Positions 10,846 to 21,945 of a stretch of 64,000 nt of DNA are shown piece by piece. The notes below the pieces were generated by a model, which had not been told where the DNA came from, ran no database searches, and saw only the letters and a program-made list of their open reading frames with translations. The DNA is from an uncultured Desulfurococcaceae archaeon (GTDB lineage Archaea; Thermoproteota; Thermoprotei_A; Sulfolobales; Desulfurococcaceae). The DNA is taken from contig CAZVHC010000002.1 of the NCBI GenBank assembly GCA_964627005.1, forward strand, positions 13,619-77,618, given 5' to 3'. Numbering within the stretch: the first letter of the stretch is position 1; every line of letters starts with the position of its first letter. The translations under genes and the position numbers were made by a program.

Positions 10846-11678
10846 AGCTCCCTCCTCCTAGCCTCTAGTTGATCTATTTCCATACCCATATACTCAGCTG
10901 CGGTCAATACATTCTTACCATATATGAGTGCCTCTAGATAGACACGGCTAAGCCTACTCCTAAACTCTAGATCACGTAGTAAATGGTGATCAAGTATAAT
11001 TGTCTCAAGCTCATCAACCCTAATGATCTCAAGTAGGTTACTAATAGCTTTATCAATAACCTCACCCCTAACCCTATAACCCTCAAAATATGTTGGAGGA
11101 CCAGATATTATCAATAGATTAGGTCTCCAGCCAAGGATTATGTCCAAGGTCTCCCTAGATATTGGTCCCTGAACATCACTTGCATGAACAACCCTATAGC
11201 CTCCAATATCCAGTAGTGTCATAATAACGTATCCAAGCGGAGTACCCTCCTCACCATGAGGTACCGGCTTGGAAAACACTAGCCTAACATCCTTATCAAC
11301 AACATAGCTTGAACCATCAGCTATATGGAGCTCCCTAACAAGATCCCTTATACCCATCTTGTTTAGAAGCACATATGCTCTAACTCTCTGACTATGGTTA
11401 ATATTGTTCTCAGGATCCTTTAAATAAACAATCTTACCCCTATAATACTGCTCTTCCCCCTCCCTATACAAATAGTGATCCCTATGGTAATGGGATATGA
11501 TCAGTATATCTGAATCCCCTACCTCATAATGGATCATCTCTAAATGCTTATTAAACCTCTCAAGCTCAAGCTCATGAGGCGGTAAACCATACCTACGGGG
11601 AGCATAGCTTACACCAGGATCAATGAAGATCTTGTATGAACCAGTATCAACTACTGTAGCCATACCACGGGAACCCAT
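10827..11678 (-). CDS. Metallo-beta-lactamase-fold hydrolase (UPF0282-like)
   Basis: IFIDPG... and the HxHxDH motif ISHYHRDHY. Confidence 0.6.
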   Translation of the reverse strand: MGSRGMATVVDTGSYKIFIDPGVSYAPRRYGLPPHELELERFNKHLEMIHYEVGDSDILIISHYHRDHYLYREGEEQYYRGKIVYLKDPENNINHSQRVRAYVLLNKMGIRDLVRELHIADGSSYVVDKDVRLVFSKPVPHGEEGTPLGYVIMTLLDIGGYRVVHASDVQGPISRETLDIILGWRPNLLIISGPPTYFEGYRVRGEVIDKAISNLLEIIRVDELETIILDHHLLRDLEFRSRLSRVYLEALIYGKNVLTAAEYMGMEIDQLEARRRELWEKNH

Positions 11679-11808
11679 ACTATCAAAACCAATAAACTTG
11701 ATCCTAGGCCTAGACGCTCCTAACCACCCTCCTTATAATCTACTCGTATATCCCCTATTAACTAATATATTGGCTTAACTGATATGATAATATAGTTGAT
11801 AGGATTGG

Positions 11809-12603
11809 ATGGATGATGATATGGAGTTCAAGGTATTAAGTAAATCATGTAATCCTGAAGAACTTGTTGAGGAACTTAGAAATGCAATATCAAAGCGTAT
11901 GCTCATAATAATTGTTGGGAAATGTAGTGTAGACTACATTGGACGTAGTGAATCAAGACTTACTGAGGGAGAGAGACTAATAATTATAAAACAGGATGGT
12001 GCATTCCTAGTTCATAGGCCAACTGGGCATTCACCAGTTAATTGGCAGCCTGATACAAGCTATATTGATGTTCGTCAAACTGATCGTGGTATAGAGATTA
12101 TTGCCTTTAGGAGAAAACCACGTGAGATCGTGAGAGTACTGCTTAGCTCCATAGACTTCATTGGATACGGTAAACTAGTTGATCCAGGGGAATTCGTCAT
12201 GTATCTTGATGAGCTAGAGATTAGAGATATACTATATGAGCATCCAGAGGTTATTGAGGAGGGTCTGAGATTCACTGAGAAGGAGAAGAAACTTGATGTT
12301 GGAAGTATTGATTTATTCGGTTACGATCGTAGTGGTAGACCTGTTATAGTTGAGATAAAGAGGGTTACTGCATCCCGTGAAGCCGTATATCAGCTACTAA
12401 GATATGTTGAATCCTATCAGAAAGCCTATGGTGTACGTCCACGAGGTATACTTGTAGCACCACAATTTACATCATCAGCTACAGAGGCTCTTGAGAGACT
12501 AGGTCTTGAGTACCGCTATATCAATATACAGAAGCTGTGGAGCATGAAGAAAAAGGGTATTGTGGAGAGTAGGGGTAGGAGTATACTTGAGTTCCTATCC
12601 TAG
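11809..12603 (+). CDS. nucS: Endonuclease NucS (EndoMS mismatch-specific endonuclease)
   Basis: 264 aa. N-terminal half-barrel region (IIKQDGAFLVH...VNWQP) and C-terminal RecB-like nuclease motifs IDLFGYD, VIVEIKR, QLLRY. Confidence 0.85.
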   Translation: MDDDMEFKVLSKSCNPEELVEELRNAISKRMLIIIVGKCSVDYIGRSESRLTEGERLIIIKQDGAFLVHRPTGHSPVNWQPDTSYIDVRQTDRGIEIIAFRRKPREIVRVLLSSIDFIGYGKLVDPGEFVMYLDELEIRDILYEHPEVIEEGLRFTEKEKKLDVGSIDLFGYDRSGRPVIVEIKRVTASREAVYQLLRYVESYQKAYGVRPRGILVAPQFTSSATEALERLGLEYRYINIQKLWSMKKKGIVESRGRSILEFLS

Positions 12604-13162
12604 CATAGTCGATCTATATAATGCTACGGCTAGAGGCTATGATGAACTATATAGAGATGAACAGTATAGCAAGTACAAGTTTGTTTTCAGCAGAGGCTTT
12701 ACACCCAAGGGTACTGTAGTGGATATAGGCTGTGGTACTGGGTTACTCTATGAATACATTGTTTCCATGGGCTATACCTTTACAAGGTACTTATGTATAG
12801 AGCCCAGTCCCCAAATGATCTATTTATCCCTGAGGAAGTGTAAAGGTGATCCAAGGACTTTTGGGATAATGGGTTATGGAGAGAATGTTGGTTTAAGAGA
12901 TGGTGTAGCTGACACAATCTACTCATTCACAGTACTAGATAATGTAGAGAAGAAGTACTGGCCCATATTCATAGGTGAAATAGTTAGGCTACTAAATACA
13001 CATGGTTACGCCATACTATCATTTCTCAGACATGGGTGGAGGGATAAACTAGAATATCTAAGGAAGATCAATATGGATTGTGGTTTAGAGATGAAGTTTC
13101 TAGGATGTAATAGGTATGACTGCTTCATAGTCTTCCTTGGAGAATGTTGTGTAAGGGAATAA
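12560..13162 (+). CDS. Class I SAM-dependent methyltransferase
   Basis: Motif [12 protein letters not shown]. The real start may be TTG at about 12587. Overlaps the nucS 3' end. Confidence 0.7.
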   Translation: MWRVGVGVYLSSYPSIVDLYNATARGYDELYRDEQYSKYKFVFSRGFTPKGTVVDIGCGTGLLYEYIVSMGYTFTRYLCIEPSPQMIYLSLRKCKGDPRTFGIMGYGENVGLRDGVADTIYSFTVLDNVEKKYWPIFIGEIVRLLNTHGYAILSFLRHGWRDKLEYLRKINMDCGLEMKFLGCNRYDCFIVFLGECCVRE

Positions 13163-13241
13163 ATACTTAAATATAGCATATAGGGGGATAAACCATATAC
13201 AAGGGTGGAATACTAGGCCAGTACATGCTCTAGAACATGGG

Positions 13242-13538
13242 GTGCATATCTTGGCTGCAGCGAGACCTGGTACACCACAGAAAATAGCTACACCACTAAA
13301 ATACCTTAGGAGTGCTGTAAACCAGATAGTACTTGTAAAGCTTAAGGACGGCACTGAATACATTGGCGTACTTGAACTTGTTGATAACACTATGAACGTT
13401 GTACTAGCAGATTGTGAGGAAATAGATAGTAGTGGAAACCCACAGGCCAAGTATGGACGTGTACTCATAAGAGGTAGCCAAATACTATTCGTAAGCATAA
13501 ACTATGGACATGTAGCTCCAGAAATAGCTGCTAGGTAA
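13242..13538 (+). CDS. Archaeal Sm-like protein (SmAP/LSm)
   Basis: Sm1/Sm2 motifs [31 protein letters not shown] and [12 protein letters not shown]. Confidence 0.85.
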   Translation: MHILAAARPGTPQKIATPLKYLRSAVNQIVLVKLKDGTEYIGVLELVDNTMNVVLADCEEIDSSGNPQAKYGRVLIRGSQILFVSINYGHVAPEIAAR

Positions 13539-13541
13539 AAG

Positions 13542-13958
13542 GTGCATGGTATGCTTAAAGCTCGTGATGTAATGGCTAGTGAGATAAGATACGTTTACGC
13601 TAGTGACACGATTGCTGAAGCTGCAAAAAGAATACTTAATGAGGGTATAGGCTCTATAATTGTCTTATCACTGGATAAGGAGCCTATAGGTATTGTCACC
13701 AAGAGGGATATTATTAGAGCTGTCGTATTTGAGAAACTTGATCCATTTAAGAATAGTGTTGAAAAGATAATGACATCACCGCTGGTGACGGTAGATGCTG
13801 ACACAGATCTAGAGATCGTTATAGATACTATGTTTAAGTATAATATTAGTCACCTACCAGTCCGTGAAGGCAATAGGATCATAGGTATTATATCAGACTA
13901 CGATCTTATGGAGACAACAAGGGATTTACTAGAAATTGTTAAGAGAAAGCTTAGCTAG
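13542..13958 (+). CDS. CBS-domain pair protein
   Basis: 138 aa with two CBS repeats (IGIVTKRDIIRA; IIGIISDYDLM). Starts 4 nt after the Sm gene. Confidence 0.85.
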   Translation: MHGMLKARDVMASEIRYVYASDTIAEAAKRILNEGIGSIIVLSLDKEPIGIVTKRDIIRAVVFEKLDPFKNSVEKIMTSPLVTVDADTDLEIVIDTMFKYNISHLPVREGNRIIGIISDYDLMETTRDLLEIVKRKLS

Positions 13959-14099
13959 TGGGAAAGTAGAATTATATATAGACATTGTTGTGTAAGCCAA
14001 TATATTGTATCATAGATTCGTATACATATCTATCACTAGATAACTAGGCATAGATATTTATTCTCCAATAAGAGAATATCTATATGGAGATGATAGCTT

Positions 14100-15056
14100 A
14101 TGAGTAGACGCTATATACCAAGAATAGGTCATCCACGTGGACCCGAAAGACATAGATGGCTCCGAAGTGATGGTACACCAAACTTCTCAGACAGGATCTA
14201 TAGGAAGACAGAGGATATGGAGGTACTTGCTAAACGGCCCGTGGAAACGGTAGCATCTTCTACACCGATACTGGAGGCTCTTGAGAAAATGAGCCGTGGG
14301 TATCGTAGCCTCTTAGTTGTTAAGGGAAATGACTATCTGGAGGGCCTCATAGTGACAATGGATCTTATAAACTATCTTGGTGGTGGGGATTACTACAATA
14401 TAGTTGTTAACAGGCATGGTAAGAATATTTATTCGGCTGTACGTAATGAGCGTGTGGAGACGATCATGAACCGTAACCCTATTGTAGCATATATTGATGA
14501 GAAGTTTCCAGCTGTACTTGAGAAAATGGTTGTTCATGGAGTAGGTGTCCTACCTATTGTGACACGTGATAACCGTGTATACGGGATTATTACTGAGAAA
14601 GATATACTTGATTATTTATCAGCAACTAGTTATGTAGGTACAAAAGTATCTAGTGTAATGTCCTCACCAGTTATAACGATCTCTGATAAGGACTCTCTTA
14701 AGAAGGCTATGGAGACAATGATTAAGTACGGATTCCGTAGACTACCAGTTGTGTCTAGGGACAATGTTGTCCGGGGTATATTGGCTTCAATGGATATTAT
14801 CAAGTTCTTTGGGAGTCATGAGGCATTCAAATACACTGTATCTGGTAGTATTGAGGACATCCTTAAACTCCCGGTCATCGATCTAATGGTGAGAGACGTA
14901 GTTACAATATCGCCTGACTCAGATATTAGTGAAGCAGCCCGGCTTATGGGTGAAAGGGGTGTTGGATGTGTACTTGTTGTTTCTGAAAACAATGAGTTGA
15001 TCGGAATTGTTAGTGAGAGAGATGTCCTATATGCTATAGCTAGTGCAAAGACGTAA
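14100..15056 (+). CDS. CBS-domain protein (four CBS repeats) with a basic N-terminal extension
   Basis: Repeated GIITEKDIL, GILASMDII and GIVSERDVL motifs. An alternative start is the ATG giving MEVLAKRPVE. Confidence 0.85.
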   Translation: MSRRYIPRIGHPRGPERHRWLRSDGTPNFSDRIYRKTEDMEVLAKRPVETVASSTPILEALEKMSRGYRSLLVVKGNDYLEGLIVTMDLINYLGGGDYYNIVVNRHGKNIYSAVRNERVETIMNRNPIVAYIDEKFPAVLEKMVVHGVGVLPIVTRDNRVYGIITEKDILDYLSATSYVGTKVSSVMSSPVITISDKDSLKKAMETMIKYGFRRLPVVSRDNVVRGILASMDIIKFFGSHEAFKYTVSGSIEDILKLPVIDLMVRDVVTISPDSDISEAARLMGERGVGCVLVVSENNELIGIVSERDVLYAIASAKT

Positions 15057-15969
15057 TGCAGGTACCACGTATTTCTTGTCCAATACACCTATAACCCTAC
15101 ATAAACTATTTATACATGGTAATTACCTGAGTAGGTGTGTGGTCTTGAATGCAAGAGATATACTGATCGATGACTACCCATTTGTTGATAAGAATGAGAC
15201 TCTTTACCATACATTCAAGGTCATGGAGAAATATGATCTATACAAGGCAGTAGTGTATGAAAAGGCAAGAGATCAAGGGGGGCATGAGTATAAGAGGATT
15301 GCTGGTATAGTCACCAGCCGTGACATTGTCTCTAAACTAGCTACACAGAGGATAAGACTTACAACACCTAGTAGACTCCATGTAAGTAGCTTTATGAGTC
15401 TAAACCCCATAACAGTAGCCCCAGATACAGAGTTTAACGATATAGTAAAGATTATGCATGAGAAATCAATAGGTATACTACCAGTACTTGAGGATAATGA
15501 GATCATTGGTGTTGTCTTAAGGGAGAAACTACTAGAGGTACTGAAGAAGGATGATACAGAGATAAGGTTTGTAATGAACCCATACCCCATAATAGCCCGT
15601 ACAAGCGATCGTATACTAAAGGTTAGACAGGATATGCTAAACAATGATATATCCTTTATGCCGGTACTTGATGAGAGAGACGAGATCGTTGGCTATATAA
15701 CGATTGCTGAACTAGCCTATGCAATATTCAAGTTCCAGGATATAGTGCCTGCAAAGCATAGGAAGGAGAGGATAACACACTTGATTGTCGAGGATGTTAT
15801 GAGGTTTAGACCTCCAAGACTAAGGATCACAGATACGGTTGCTACAGCTGTATCCTATATCCTAGAGAAGGGATCACGTGGTGCAGTAGTGGTTGATGAA
15901 ATAGGTGGTCTTGCTGGTGTAGTCACGGTACATGAGCTCCTACGATACCTTGTTGAGAAACAATTGTAG
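15043..15969 (+). CDS. CBS-domain protein (four CBS repeats)
   Basis: GIVTSRDIV, IIGVVLREKLL, IVGYITIAELA and AGVVTVHELL motifs. Likely true start is GTG 15139 or TTG 15145. Confidence 0.8.
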   Translation: MQRRNAGTTYFLSNTPITLHKLFIHGNYLSRCVVLNARDILIDDYPFVDKNETLYHTFKVMEKYDLYKAVVYEKARDQGGHEYKRIAGIVTSRDIVSKLATQRIRLTTPSRLHVSSFMSLNPITVAPDTEFNDIVKIMHEKSIGILPVLEDNEIIGVVLREKLLEVLKKDDTEIRFVMNPYPIIARTSDRILKVRQDMLNNDISFMPVLDERDEIVGYITIAELAYAIFKFQDIVPAKHRKERITHLIVEDVMRFRPPRLRITDTVATAVSYILEKGSRGAVVVDEIGGLAGVVTVHELLRYLVEKQL

Positions 15970-16100
15970 TAGCTATGATATCTAATCCTACTCTATAAAC
16001 TATTTTCCCTAACCCCAATAGATAATGGTTCCTAACTATGTTGAAGAGCTAGTTTTTATAAGGGATAATAGCACCTATTACCTCAACTGGTTAATGGGTC

Positions 16101-16616
16101 ATGGGAGAACCAAGGTTTATCGTTGATACAATGCTTGGTAATGTTGCTCGATGGCTCCGTATGCTTGGCTATGATACCCTATACTATAGGAGAATTGATG
16201 ATTGGAAGATACTCTATATAGCTTCACGGGATGACAGAGTTATAGTCACACGTGATCGGGGACTCTGCAGTAGAGCTAGGAAAAAGGATCTGAAATGCAT
16301 ACTACTTGAGCAAGACACTATGGAGGAGAGACTAGCATATATATCGTTTGAGACAGGTATAAGGCTATACATAGATCTTGAGCGTAGTAGATGCCCAATC
16401 TGTAACTATGAGCTGGTAAGGATTGATCGAGAGCTTGTAAGAGATAAGGTTCCACGGAGAGTCTATGAGAAACACCATGACTTCTGGTTCTGTAGGAGAT
16501 GCGGTAAGGTATACTGGATAGGTAGTCATTGGAGAGGGATTGAGGAGACACTTAAGAAGGCAAGAGAGATACTAGATAAACTCGTAGAGAGGGGAAAGGT
16601 TATAGGCCATGGATAA
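16101..16616 (+). CDS. Mut7-C (DUF82) PIN-like RNase domain protein with zinc ribbon
   Basis: [23 protein letters not shown]-like N-terminus. CPICN....[14 protein letters not shown] zinc ribbon. Confidence 0.7.
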   Translation: MGEPRFIVDTMLGNVARWLRMLGYDTLYYRRIDDWKILYIASRDDRVIVTRDRGLCSRARKKDLKCILLEQDTMEERLAYISFETGIRLYIDLERSRCPICNYELVRIDRELVRDKVPRRVYEKHHDFWFCRRCGKVYWIGSHWRGIEETLKKAREILDKLVERGKVIGHG

Positions 16617-17289
16617 ACCCATACATCCAAGAGAGCTATCGCTAGAAGATGGAGTCTTCCTTGTAAAACTGGCACGTAGAACCGTAGAGACAAAACTAGT
16701 TGAAGGAAAAACACTTGAGCCACCAGATGATACACCAGAACACCTACGTAGACCCGGAATGGTGTTTACAACAATAGAGACATACCATGGACCGGATAAG
16801 AGGAGTTTACGTGGATGTATAGGCTTCCTACAACCAGTATATCCACTAGTAGAGGCAGTAATAAGATCTGCATTGGAGGCAGCATTTAACGATCCGAGGT
16901 TCTATCCACTAGAGAAACACGAGCTAGACCACGTGACATTCGAGGTAGCAATACTATCAGTACCAGAACCGCTAGAGATAAGCGATCGATGGGAACTGCC
17001 TAAGAAGATAATAATTGGGAGACACGGACTAGTAGCACGTAGAGGATTATTCCAAGGCACACTACTACCCCAAGTACCAGTAGAGTACTGCTGGGATCCT
17101 GAGACATTTCTTGCAGAAACATGTATGAAGGCAGGTATGGAGCCAGACTGTTGGCTGGATAGTTCAGTAGAGATACTATTTTATGAGGGAAGAGTGTTTC
17201 AGGAAAGAGAGCCATTAGGTGAAGTTGTAGAAAGGGATCTTAATAAAGAGTATATGCAACAATGTAAAATAGAAGGTATCCGATCATAA
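16609..17289 (+). CDS. AMMECR1-domain protein
   Basis: LRGCIGF and [11 protein letters not shown] signature motifs. Overlaps the preceding gene by 8 nt. Confidence 0.85.
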   Translation: MDKPIHPRELSLEDGVFLVKLARRTVETKLVEGKTLEPPDDTPEHLRRPGMVFTTIETYHGPDKRSLRGCIGFLQPVYPLVEAVIRSALEAAFNDPRFYPLEKHELDHVTFEVAILSVPEPLEISDRWELPKKIIIGRHGLVARRGLFQGTLLPQVPVEYCWDPETFLAETCMKAGMEPDCWLDSSVEILFYEGRVFQEREPLGEVVERDLNKEYMQQCKIEGIRS

Positions 17290-17487
17290 CGGCAATTACT
17301 AGAGTAGGTAAGTTTAGCCATAGTCTTAAACCTTATAGTAGCTGTATAAATATTTTATTATAAAACTATATTGAATTAGCTAAGGTCCATCTGAAACTGT
17401 TTTTATCAACAAAATTTTGATTAACAAAATAGGCTAGAAATATAGATTAGTAAGTATCCATACATATTTCCTTATCCTTTATGGAGG

Positions 17488-18825
17488 ATGCCTATGTCGA
17501 GTAGAATACATGATCTGTGGATTCACGAGATCTCTACTGAGATTCCAAGAGCTGTAAAGCTATTTATTAGCCAAATTAAGGAAAATAACGTTGTAAGGCT
17601 TACACGGGAATTCATAGAGAATCTATATCCTGAATACAAGTGGATAGAATATAGGGGATGGTGGAACACTACCTTAGATATACATTCTCTAGCTGTATTC
17701 TTCGATCAAGTGATAGTCTTACTTGATCCCCTTAATGAGAGTGGTTTTAGGAAGAAATATGGATTAGGCATAGATGACTTTATTGAATTAGTAAGAGACA
17801 ATACTATTATCCCTATACTATCTAGTCAACCTGAGGAGTATAGATATACTTTTTATGAAAGAATTATTGATGCTCTTCCACAAGGTAGGATAGGCTGGTT
17901 CCATAGATTGACAGAGACAATGAAATCTATCTACACCAAGTTATATAATGATGTTCTAGTAGATACTAAGAGCGTCTATGAAGTATTCCTTGAGTTATTT
18001 AAGAACCATGGTTTACCAGAATATCTTAAAAAGCGCGGCTTCAATAACGTTAAATATGCATCCATGGACATAGCTACGAGAATAACAGATCTTGTTGTAC
18101 TAGGCTATAGAGAACTAGTATACAGAATACTTAAGGAGGAGAAAAATATTAACAAACTAGTTTCAGCAATAGTACTGGCTCACCACCTACTTGCTGAACC
18201 ACATATTGATTCTTTTGGAGGGATAGCTACGTACTCAGAAACAGATCTAGAGATTATATCTCAGATCAAAGATACACCTATAGGAGCATTTCTATACTAT
18301 CTAGCCTACGATATTGGCGTGAGAACACACGTTTACGTACCAAGGAAATTTAATAGAAAGTATTTAGATAAATACCTGGAGTCTCAGGATATTAAGGAGC
18401 TAAAGAAGAAAATAAGTGAAATTAGTGAGAAAATTAGGCAGATAAGAGGAAATGATGTATATTACTATGTAAGAGATGTAAGGGTTGAACTAATGGAATT
18501 ATCTAAGAACGTATATGATGTTACACGAGAAATCATGGTAAAATCCCTTCAAAAAACTAAGAGGATCGCTACAATAGTTGGTATAGTTCTACAAACACCC
18601 TTCTCTTACATTAGCATGAGACAACTAGGAGTGTTCTCTCCACTGTTAAACACTATCGTCTCCAATATACCATCAATAGCCACATATAAACTAATAGAAG
18701 ATCTAGCGAGAAAGTTCTGGGAGGAAAGAATAATTCAGCTTGTACCATATAATCCAATACTCCTACATACATGGCAAGACTATGTTAGATCACCACATGT
18801 ACAAAATGCCTCATGCACAAGATAA
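17488..18825 (+). CDS. Hypothetical protein, no recognisable domain
   Basis: 445-aa ORF after a 198-bp AT-rich spacer. Mostly helical-looking, with a coiled-coil-like stretch at about residues 300-350. 3' end overlaps the convergent GPN GTPase gene by 46 nt. Confidence 0.5.
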   Translation: MPMSSRIHDLWIHEISTEIPRAVKLFISQIKENNVVRLTREFIENLYPEYKWIEYRGWWNTTLDIHSLAVFFDQVIVLLDPLNESGFRKKYGLGIDDFIELVRDNTIIPILSSQPEEYRYTFYERIIDALPQGRIGWFHRLTETMKSIYTKLYNDVLVDTKSVYEVFLELFKNHGLPEYLKKRGFNNVKYASMDIATRITDLVVLGYRELVYRILKEEKNINKLVSAIVLAHHLLAEPHIDSFGGIATYSETDLEIISQIKDTPIGAFLYYLAYDIGVRTHVYVPRKFNRKYLDKYLESQDIKELKKKISEISEKIRQIRGNDVYYYVRDVRVELMELSKNVYDVTREIMVKSLQKTKRIATIVGIVLQTPFSYISMRQLGVFSPLLNTIVSNIPSIATYKLIEDLARKFWEERIIQLVPYNPILLHTWQDYVRSPHVQNASCTR

Positions 18826-19553
18826 TATAGATCCTCCATACCATCACCAGTCTTTGCACTAACCATTACTGGCCTTAGGGCTTGCTTAGTCTTAAGAGCA
18901 AGTCCTACCAGTTCTGGAGCCATATCACTAAGCAGTCCCTCAACAGCCTCTTTCTCAGCAATCTCCATAAGCTCCTCCGGAGCCTCGATCAGTAGACGTG
19001 CATACTCTAGGTTACCGGCAGCATCGATCTTGTTTACAACTGGTACCGTGGGCAAACCAGTCTTGATCTGTGTAAGTAGTCCTAGAAACCAGAGGGTTAT
19101 AGCATCTGCTAATCCCATGATCGCTGATGCATCAATAACATATATGCTGACAAGGTTTACGAGGCCGGATAGTTTACGGAAGAATAATGTGCTGGATGGA
19201 CGGAAGATAAAGGCTTCCATCTGGCCCGGAGTATCGATTAATACGACATCCCATTCACCAATATTGCTGAAAGGCTCTTGGGAGAGTATCTCATCAGCTT
19301 TCTCAGCAACAAGTTCACCAGCCTTAATAAAGCCGCCATTAGGTCCAAGACCATACTTCCTCATAACATCACGTAGAGTAAACATGCTACGGACATCAAA
19401 TACTGGTTCATAGGGGAGAACCTCAGCACCAGGATCAAGATTAACCTGGGCAACCCTTAGGGAGAGGTTACGGCGGATCCAGGAGCCAAATGACTTGACA
19501 AGACTAGACTTACCGCTGCCAGCAGCACCAATAAATACTACAACCATAACCAA
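18780..19553 (-). CDS. GPN-loop GTPase
   Basis: Walker A GAAGSGKSS, NLDPGAE, GPN motif GLGPNGG, and DTPGQ. Confidence 0.85.
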   Translation of the reverse strand: MVMVVVFIGAAGSGKSSLVKSFGSWIRRNLSLRVAQVNLDPGAEVLPYEPVFDVRSMFTLRDVMRKYGLGPNGGFIKAGELVAEKADEILSQEPFSNIGEWDVVLIDTPGQMEAFIFRPSSTLFFRKLSGLVNLVSIYVIDASAIMGLADAITLWFLGLLTQIKTGLPTVPVVNKIDAAGNLEYARLLIEAPEELMEIAEKEAVEGLLSDMAPELVGLALKTKQALRPVMVSAKTGDGMEDLYYLVHEAFCTCGDLT

Positions 19554-19677
19554 CCCAGTACAGCCCCCATAGACTCTTTTACTACACAGATACTAGGGGG
19601 CTAAGGCACCTAATAAGATAGCTCCTAACCCATGTTTAAAATAGATAAGCCCCACGGAAACACTATATTGTCACTGG

Positions 19678-19956
19678 GTGAAACACATGGAGACACGTAG
19701 GGCATGGATAATAGGGTTCAGGAGAGGCCCACGTAGCCAAAACCCGGGCCAAGTAATCCTTAGGATAGAGGGTGTACTTGACCATAGGCTTGCATCTAGA
19801 TACATAGGGTCAAAGGTGATCTATAGGGATCGGTATGGAAATACCTACATAGGGAGGATAGTGAAAACACATGGAGGAAAAGGACTGGTAAGAGCAGTAT
19901 TTAGGCCAAACCTACCGGGGCAAGCTATTGGAGGCTCTGTTGAAGTACTATCCTAG
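19678..19956 (+). CDS. rpl35ae: 50S ribosomal protein L35Ae (eL33)
   Basis: GFRRG...Q..L.IEGV....YIGSKVIY....G.I...HG..G.VRA.F...LPG.A.G pattern. Likely start is ATG 19687. Confidence 0.8.
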   Translation: MKHMETRRAWIIGFRRGPRSQNPGQVILRIEGVLDHRLASRYIGSKVIYRDRYGNTYIGRIVKTHGGKGLVRAVFRPNLPGQAIGGSVEVLS

Positions 19957-21788
19957 CCAGATACTTTTCTCAACTGCCTCTTATACATCTCAACAAGTTC
20001 ATCAGATGTAGTAGCATCCTCAGGTCCTTTATCGGGTCTCCACCTTATGAACCTTGGGAATCTAATGGATATACCTACACCGGGCTTAATTTTATCCATA
20101 GCACATGTATGAATAGGTGACAATGTGATCTCTGCACCAATGATCTCTGCAACAAGAGCTGGCGTAATCCATACATCAGGCTCCATCTTAGCAACAACAC
20201 GTGGATGCTTATGATCGATTATATAGGGCTGGAGCATATCTGGGAGTTTAGCGAGATCCTCATCAGTAAATCCACTACCAACCTTGCATACAGTCTCAAA
20301 CACATCCTTCTCAGGATTATAGGCTGCCATTAACAGTGCTCCAAAGGTACCTCCCCTCCTACCCCTTCCATGGAAGGCACCTACTACAACAAGATCAACT
20401 GTATCAATCATCTCGCTCTTATAGTCCCTCTTATACTTGATCCATAGCCACCCACGTGCACCAGCCTGATAGATAGCGTTACCATGTAGTGCCTTTGCAA
20501 CAACACCCTCTACACCATCCTCTATAGCTTTTAGGAAGAATTTCTCAAGCTCCTCAGGATCATCTGTCACGATATACTCTGCAATACGGAATACATCGGT
20601 TTGCTCAATAATCTCCTCAAGCTTCTTCCTCCTCTCAACAATGGGTTTCTCAGTATAGTCTACACCATCAGCATAGAGTAGATCGAATAGGAATACCCTT
20701 ACAGGATACTCCTTCATAGCAACGTGTATATCATGCTTCCTCTTCCTATGCATAAGCTCCTGGAAAGGCCTAAGATCACCTGTATCCGGGTCATAGGCTA
20801 CAATCTCTCCCTCAACAATAGCCTCACTACTCTTGAGGAACTTCAGCGTATACTCTACAACATCCGGGTACTGCCTAGTAATATTCTCTAGTCTACGAGA
20901 GAATATCCATACACGCTCACCCTTCCTATGGATCTGTGCACGCTCACCATCATACTTATACTCAACAAGAGCCTTACCACCAGCCTTCTTAAGAATTTCA
21001 ACCGGGCTACTGAGTCTCTCAGCAAGCATTGGTCTAACAGGTATACCTACCTCAGGCTTAATACCCTTTAAAGCCTCAATACCCTTCTCAGCAACAACCT
21101 TAGCCACATTACCAAGATCAGCTCTCAAGTTATAGGCTCTTTCAATAACTGGCCTCGCATGAACACCACCTCCATAAACGATTGCTAGTGCATCCATTAT
21201 AGTGGCATCACCAATACCAAGCCTTAAACGGCCCTCAACAAATCTCACAATATACTTAGCCTCCTTGGGAGAGGCATCAGATAGTAGGCCTGCAAGAAGC
21301 TTTAACTTAATGTCTCGACTACCCTCACCAGTGGCCAATGCTACACGTGCTAATGTATTATAGACCTTCAATACAGTGAGTTTCTCAACCTTCTCAGTAG
21401 GTATGAATGCTAGTAAGCCCATACCACCCTTGCCAGTTGCTCTAGACTTTAACTGCTCAGCAGCCCTACCAAGATCACCTAGCTTCTTATATAGGTTCTC
21501 AACATCAGATTCACGTGAATTAGTAGCCAAAGCTATAGCCTTGATCAAGGTTTTCTCGGCAACACCAAGCTCCGGTAAACCCATCCAGTCAGGCCAAAGC
21601 TTACCCTGTAGCAAATAGACAACCTTATCAATGATCTCTGGAGGTGTCTTCTTAAACAATTCGACAAGATATAGTGTCATCTGTGTACGTGAGGTAATAG
21701 CCTCTATCTTCTCAAACGTATTAGCCAATATACTGAACTCCATATCACCCGATCCTTTAGATCCGGTCTCCTCCATACACCTACACAC
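19953..21788 (-). CDS. lig: ATP-dependent DNA ligase
   Basis: Adenylation motif [13 protein letters not shown], plus the DNA-binding, adenylation and OB regions. The probable true start is the internal Met ([14 protein letters not shown]) at about 21743. Confidence 0.95.
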   Translation of the reverse strand: MCRCMEETGSKGSGDMEFSILANTFEKIEAITSRTQMTLYLVELFKKTPPEIIDKVVYLLQGKLWPDWMGLPELGVAEKTLIKAIALATNSRESDVENLYKKLGDLGRAAEQLKSRATGKGGMGLLAFIPTEKVEKLTVLKVYNTLARVALATGEGSRDIKLKLLAGLLSDASPKEAKYIVRFVEGRLRLGIGDATIMDALAIVYGGGVHARPVIERAYNLRADLGNVAKVVAEKGIEALKGIKPEVGIPVRPMLAERLSSPVEILKKAGGKALVEYKYDGERAQIHRKGERVWIFSRRLENITRQYPDVVEYTLKFLKSSEAIVEGEIVAYDPDTGDLRPFQELMHRKRKHDIHVAMKEYPVRVFLFDLLYADGVDYTEKPIVERRKKLEEIIEQTDVFRIAEYIVTDDPEELEKFFLKAIEDGVEGVVAKALHGNAIYQAGARGWLWIKYKRDYKSEMIDTVDLVVVGAFHGRGRRGGTFGALLMAAYNPEKDVFETVCKVGSGFTDEDLAKLPDMLQPYIIDHKHPRVVAKMEPDVWITPALVAEIIGAEITLSPIHTCAMDKIKPGVGISIRFPRFIRWRPDKGPEDATTSDELVEMYKRQLRKVSG

Positions 21789-21863
21789 TCACGAAACCAA
21801 TTACCTATAATATATTATTAGTAAACGGTATATTTAAGGGGAGATACTATATAATCTATAAAG

Positions 21864-21945
21864 GGCACCACACCGATGAATGCTACCCGGCAAGTAGGAA
21901 CATGTTATAGAATGTCTTATCAGTGTTACAATGAGGTGTGGTGCC
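21864..21945 (+). repeat. Perfect 11-bp GC-rich inverted repeat (GGCACCACACC / GGTGTGGTGCC) enclosing 60 nt; candidate structured RNA
   Basis: Arms read directly at 21864-21874 and 21935-21945. GAUGA follows the 5' arm, UGA precedes the 3' arm, and ACA follows the 3' arm. Confidence 0.9.
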
